Below, one piece after another: positions 62,184-64,000 of a DNA stretch of 64,000 bases. The stretch is from Vicugna vicugna (Eukaryota), in NCBI GenBank assembly GCA_013265495.1, contig MU058781.1:3969050-4033049 (forward strand), written 5' to 3'. Each line of letters starts with the position of its first letter. Position 1 is the stretch's first letter. The notes under the pieces were generated by a model, which saw only the letters and a program-made list of their open reading frames with translations, was not told the DNA's origin and searched no databases. Made by a program: the position numbers and the translations under genes.

Positions 62184-62879
62184 ACTATGGAAAACAGTGT
62201 GGAGATTCCTCAAAAGACTAGGAATAGACTTACCATATGACCCAGGAATCCCACTCCTGGGCTTGTATCCAGAAGGAAATCTACTTCAGGATGACACCTG
62301 CACTCCAATGTTCATAGCAGCACTATTTACAATAGCCAAAACATGGAAACAGCCTAAATGTCCATCAATAGGTGACTGGATAAAGAAGATGTGGTATATT
62401 TATACAATGGAATACTACTCAGCCATAAAAACCGACAACATAACGCCATTTGCAGCAACATGGATGCTCCTAGAGAATGTCATTCTAAGTGAAGTAAGCC
62501 AGAAAGAGAAAGAAAAATACCTTATGAGATTGCTTATATGTGGAATCTAAAAAACAAAAACAAAAACAAACAAACAAACAAAAACAAAGTGTAAATACAG
62601 GACAGAAATAGACTCATAGACAGAGAATACAGACTTGTGGTTGCCAGGGGGGCAGAGGGTGGGAAGGGATAGACTGGGATTTCAAAATTGTAGAATAAAT
62701 AAACAAGATTATACTGTATAGCACAGGGAAATATACACAAAATGTTATGGTAGCTCACAAAGAAAAAAATGTGACAATGAGTGTGTATATGTCCATGAAT
62801 GAATGAAAAATTGTGCTGAACACTGAAATTTGACACAACATTGTAAAATGATTATAAATCAATAAAAAATGTTAAAAAA
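62184..62879 (+). mobile_element. Young 5'-truncated L1 (ORF2 C-terminus, 3' UTR, A-tail)
   Basis: Uninterrupted LWKTVWRFLKRLGIDLPYDPGIPLLGLYP...WIKKMWYIYTMEYYSAIK...CGI* (62185-62550); perfect TSD AATAATTTGAGGTCTG at 62168-62183 and 62880-62895. Confidence 0.96.
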
Positions 62880-64000
62880 AATAATTTGAGGTCTGGGTAC
62901 TGATTGGAGAGATTCAAAGAAGTGTCCTTCTTTTGGTGAGATGTGTAAATTCTGTCAAGATTGATTACATTTTATAAGGTGCAGAAAACCTATGTTAATT
63001 TAAAAATCAGGAAAAAAAAAAACTACCAGTTATCCACCCAGCCCGTCTTGGCACATTTAGGCAGATAATACCATGGATGCTGGAGCCCAAGCAACAAATT
63101 ATATTAAACAAATCATGCTATGTTCATCTCCATTGGAATCATGTTAGGAAATGAAACTCAACAGCTGCCAAATGTACTAAATGATCAAATCAGAAGGAAG
63201 TGAATGTCTTTTTGAAGCTCGCCAAAAGGATTTACAACTGAAATGTTAAAAAATAGTGAGATAATATGCATTTGATGGTGACCTTAGAAACATCTTAAAT
63301 ATCTTTTGAAGACATCTTCCTTTCAGCTTTCACAAAAGCCTTTGTTTCTTCAAGTATATCTGATAGTATGAAGCATTTTGTACAGTAGAGAGAAGCTGAA
63401 GTCTTTTGCTCATATTAAAAAAAAAAGATACGGCATCCGATTTAGTCTTTCTGTAATGAAATGAAACCTGACCCAACACTTCATAATAAAAGAGCAGTTG
63501 AACCGGATCAGATGACCCACCTCTGAGAAATGCACAAGTCATCATTTTGATAATTTCTTCTTCCTGAAACATCAGCAGAAGTGAGTCTTTTGGAAAATTA
63601 ACTCTATGTTAAGAATCTTTTATCTTTAGATTTCTTCCTGACAATTATTCATTTTTAAGATCAACCAGAGTTGTAAAATCTATATACACTGAGATCTAAC
63701 CATCTCTTTTCTTCCCTTTGACTCTGATGCCTGGGGTAATGGTCAGGCCAAAAACAATTAAGTGGAATGTAGGTCATTTCACCAGGTGATAAATTTACCC
63801 ATTCCTCTGGGTCCTCACTCTGAAGTTTCCGAGGCTAGCACTACGGCCGGTGCTATTTTGAGCAGAGATGAAAGAAAAGAATCTTCAAAGAATATGACTG
63901 CACAACGCACGTTTATAGAGCACGTGACAGAGGGGCCTGCAGGAAGGGGTTCTTGGCTTCAAGGGAAGCCTGCTGTCCCAGAAGCAGCCAGGAAACTTAG

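Noticed and set aside
62197..62550. 117-aa ORF as a host gene
   Set aside because: It is the C-terminus of L1 ORF2 in a 5'-truncated copy with no promoter.
1..64000. CRISPR array, prokaryotic defence system or other novel multi-gene system
   Set aside because: The sequence is eukaryotic intron/intergenic DNA; no regularly spaced repeats, operon-like ORFs or foreign-composition segment were seen.

Overview
Mammalian genomic DNA, very probably a camelid: it carries three tRNA-derived Vic-1-type SINEs and young artiodactyl-type L1 3' ends. The only supportable protein-coding gene is CD83 on the + strand. It has 5 coding exons (21807-21843, 21936-22051, 33716-33926, 35907-36013, 37325-37453) that splice GT-AG into a 600-nt CDS encoding 199 aa: signal peptide, IgV domain, TM helix and short tail. 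The promoter is a CpG island with kappaB sites. The rest is intergenic or intronic DNA rich in L1, L2, MIR, MaLR/ERV1 LTRs and DNA-transposon relics; nearly all ORF-track entries are spurious. I found no CRISPR array, RNA gene or convincingly new multi-gene system. The best leads are a TSD-flanked, polyadenylated ~86-bp retroposed fragment 1.4 kb upstream of CD83, a STAT6/NF-kB motif cluster at about -15.7 kb, an octamer/AP-1/CCAAT-rich solo LTR pointing antisense into the CD83 3' end, a NAGNAG acceptor, a putative non-autonomous Helitron and a young L1 with a perfect 16-bp TSD. Repeat family names and human CD83 comparisons come from recall of consensus sequences, not from a search.
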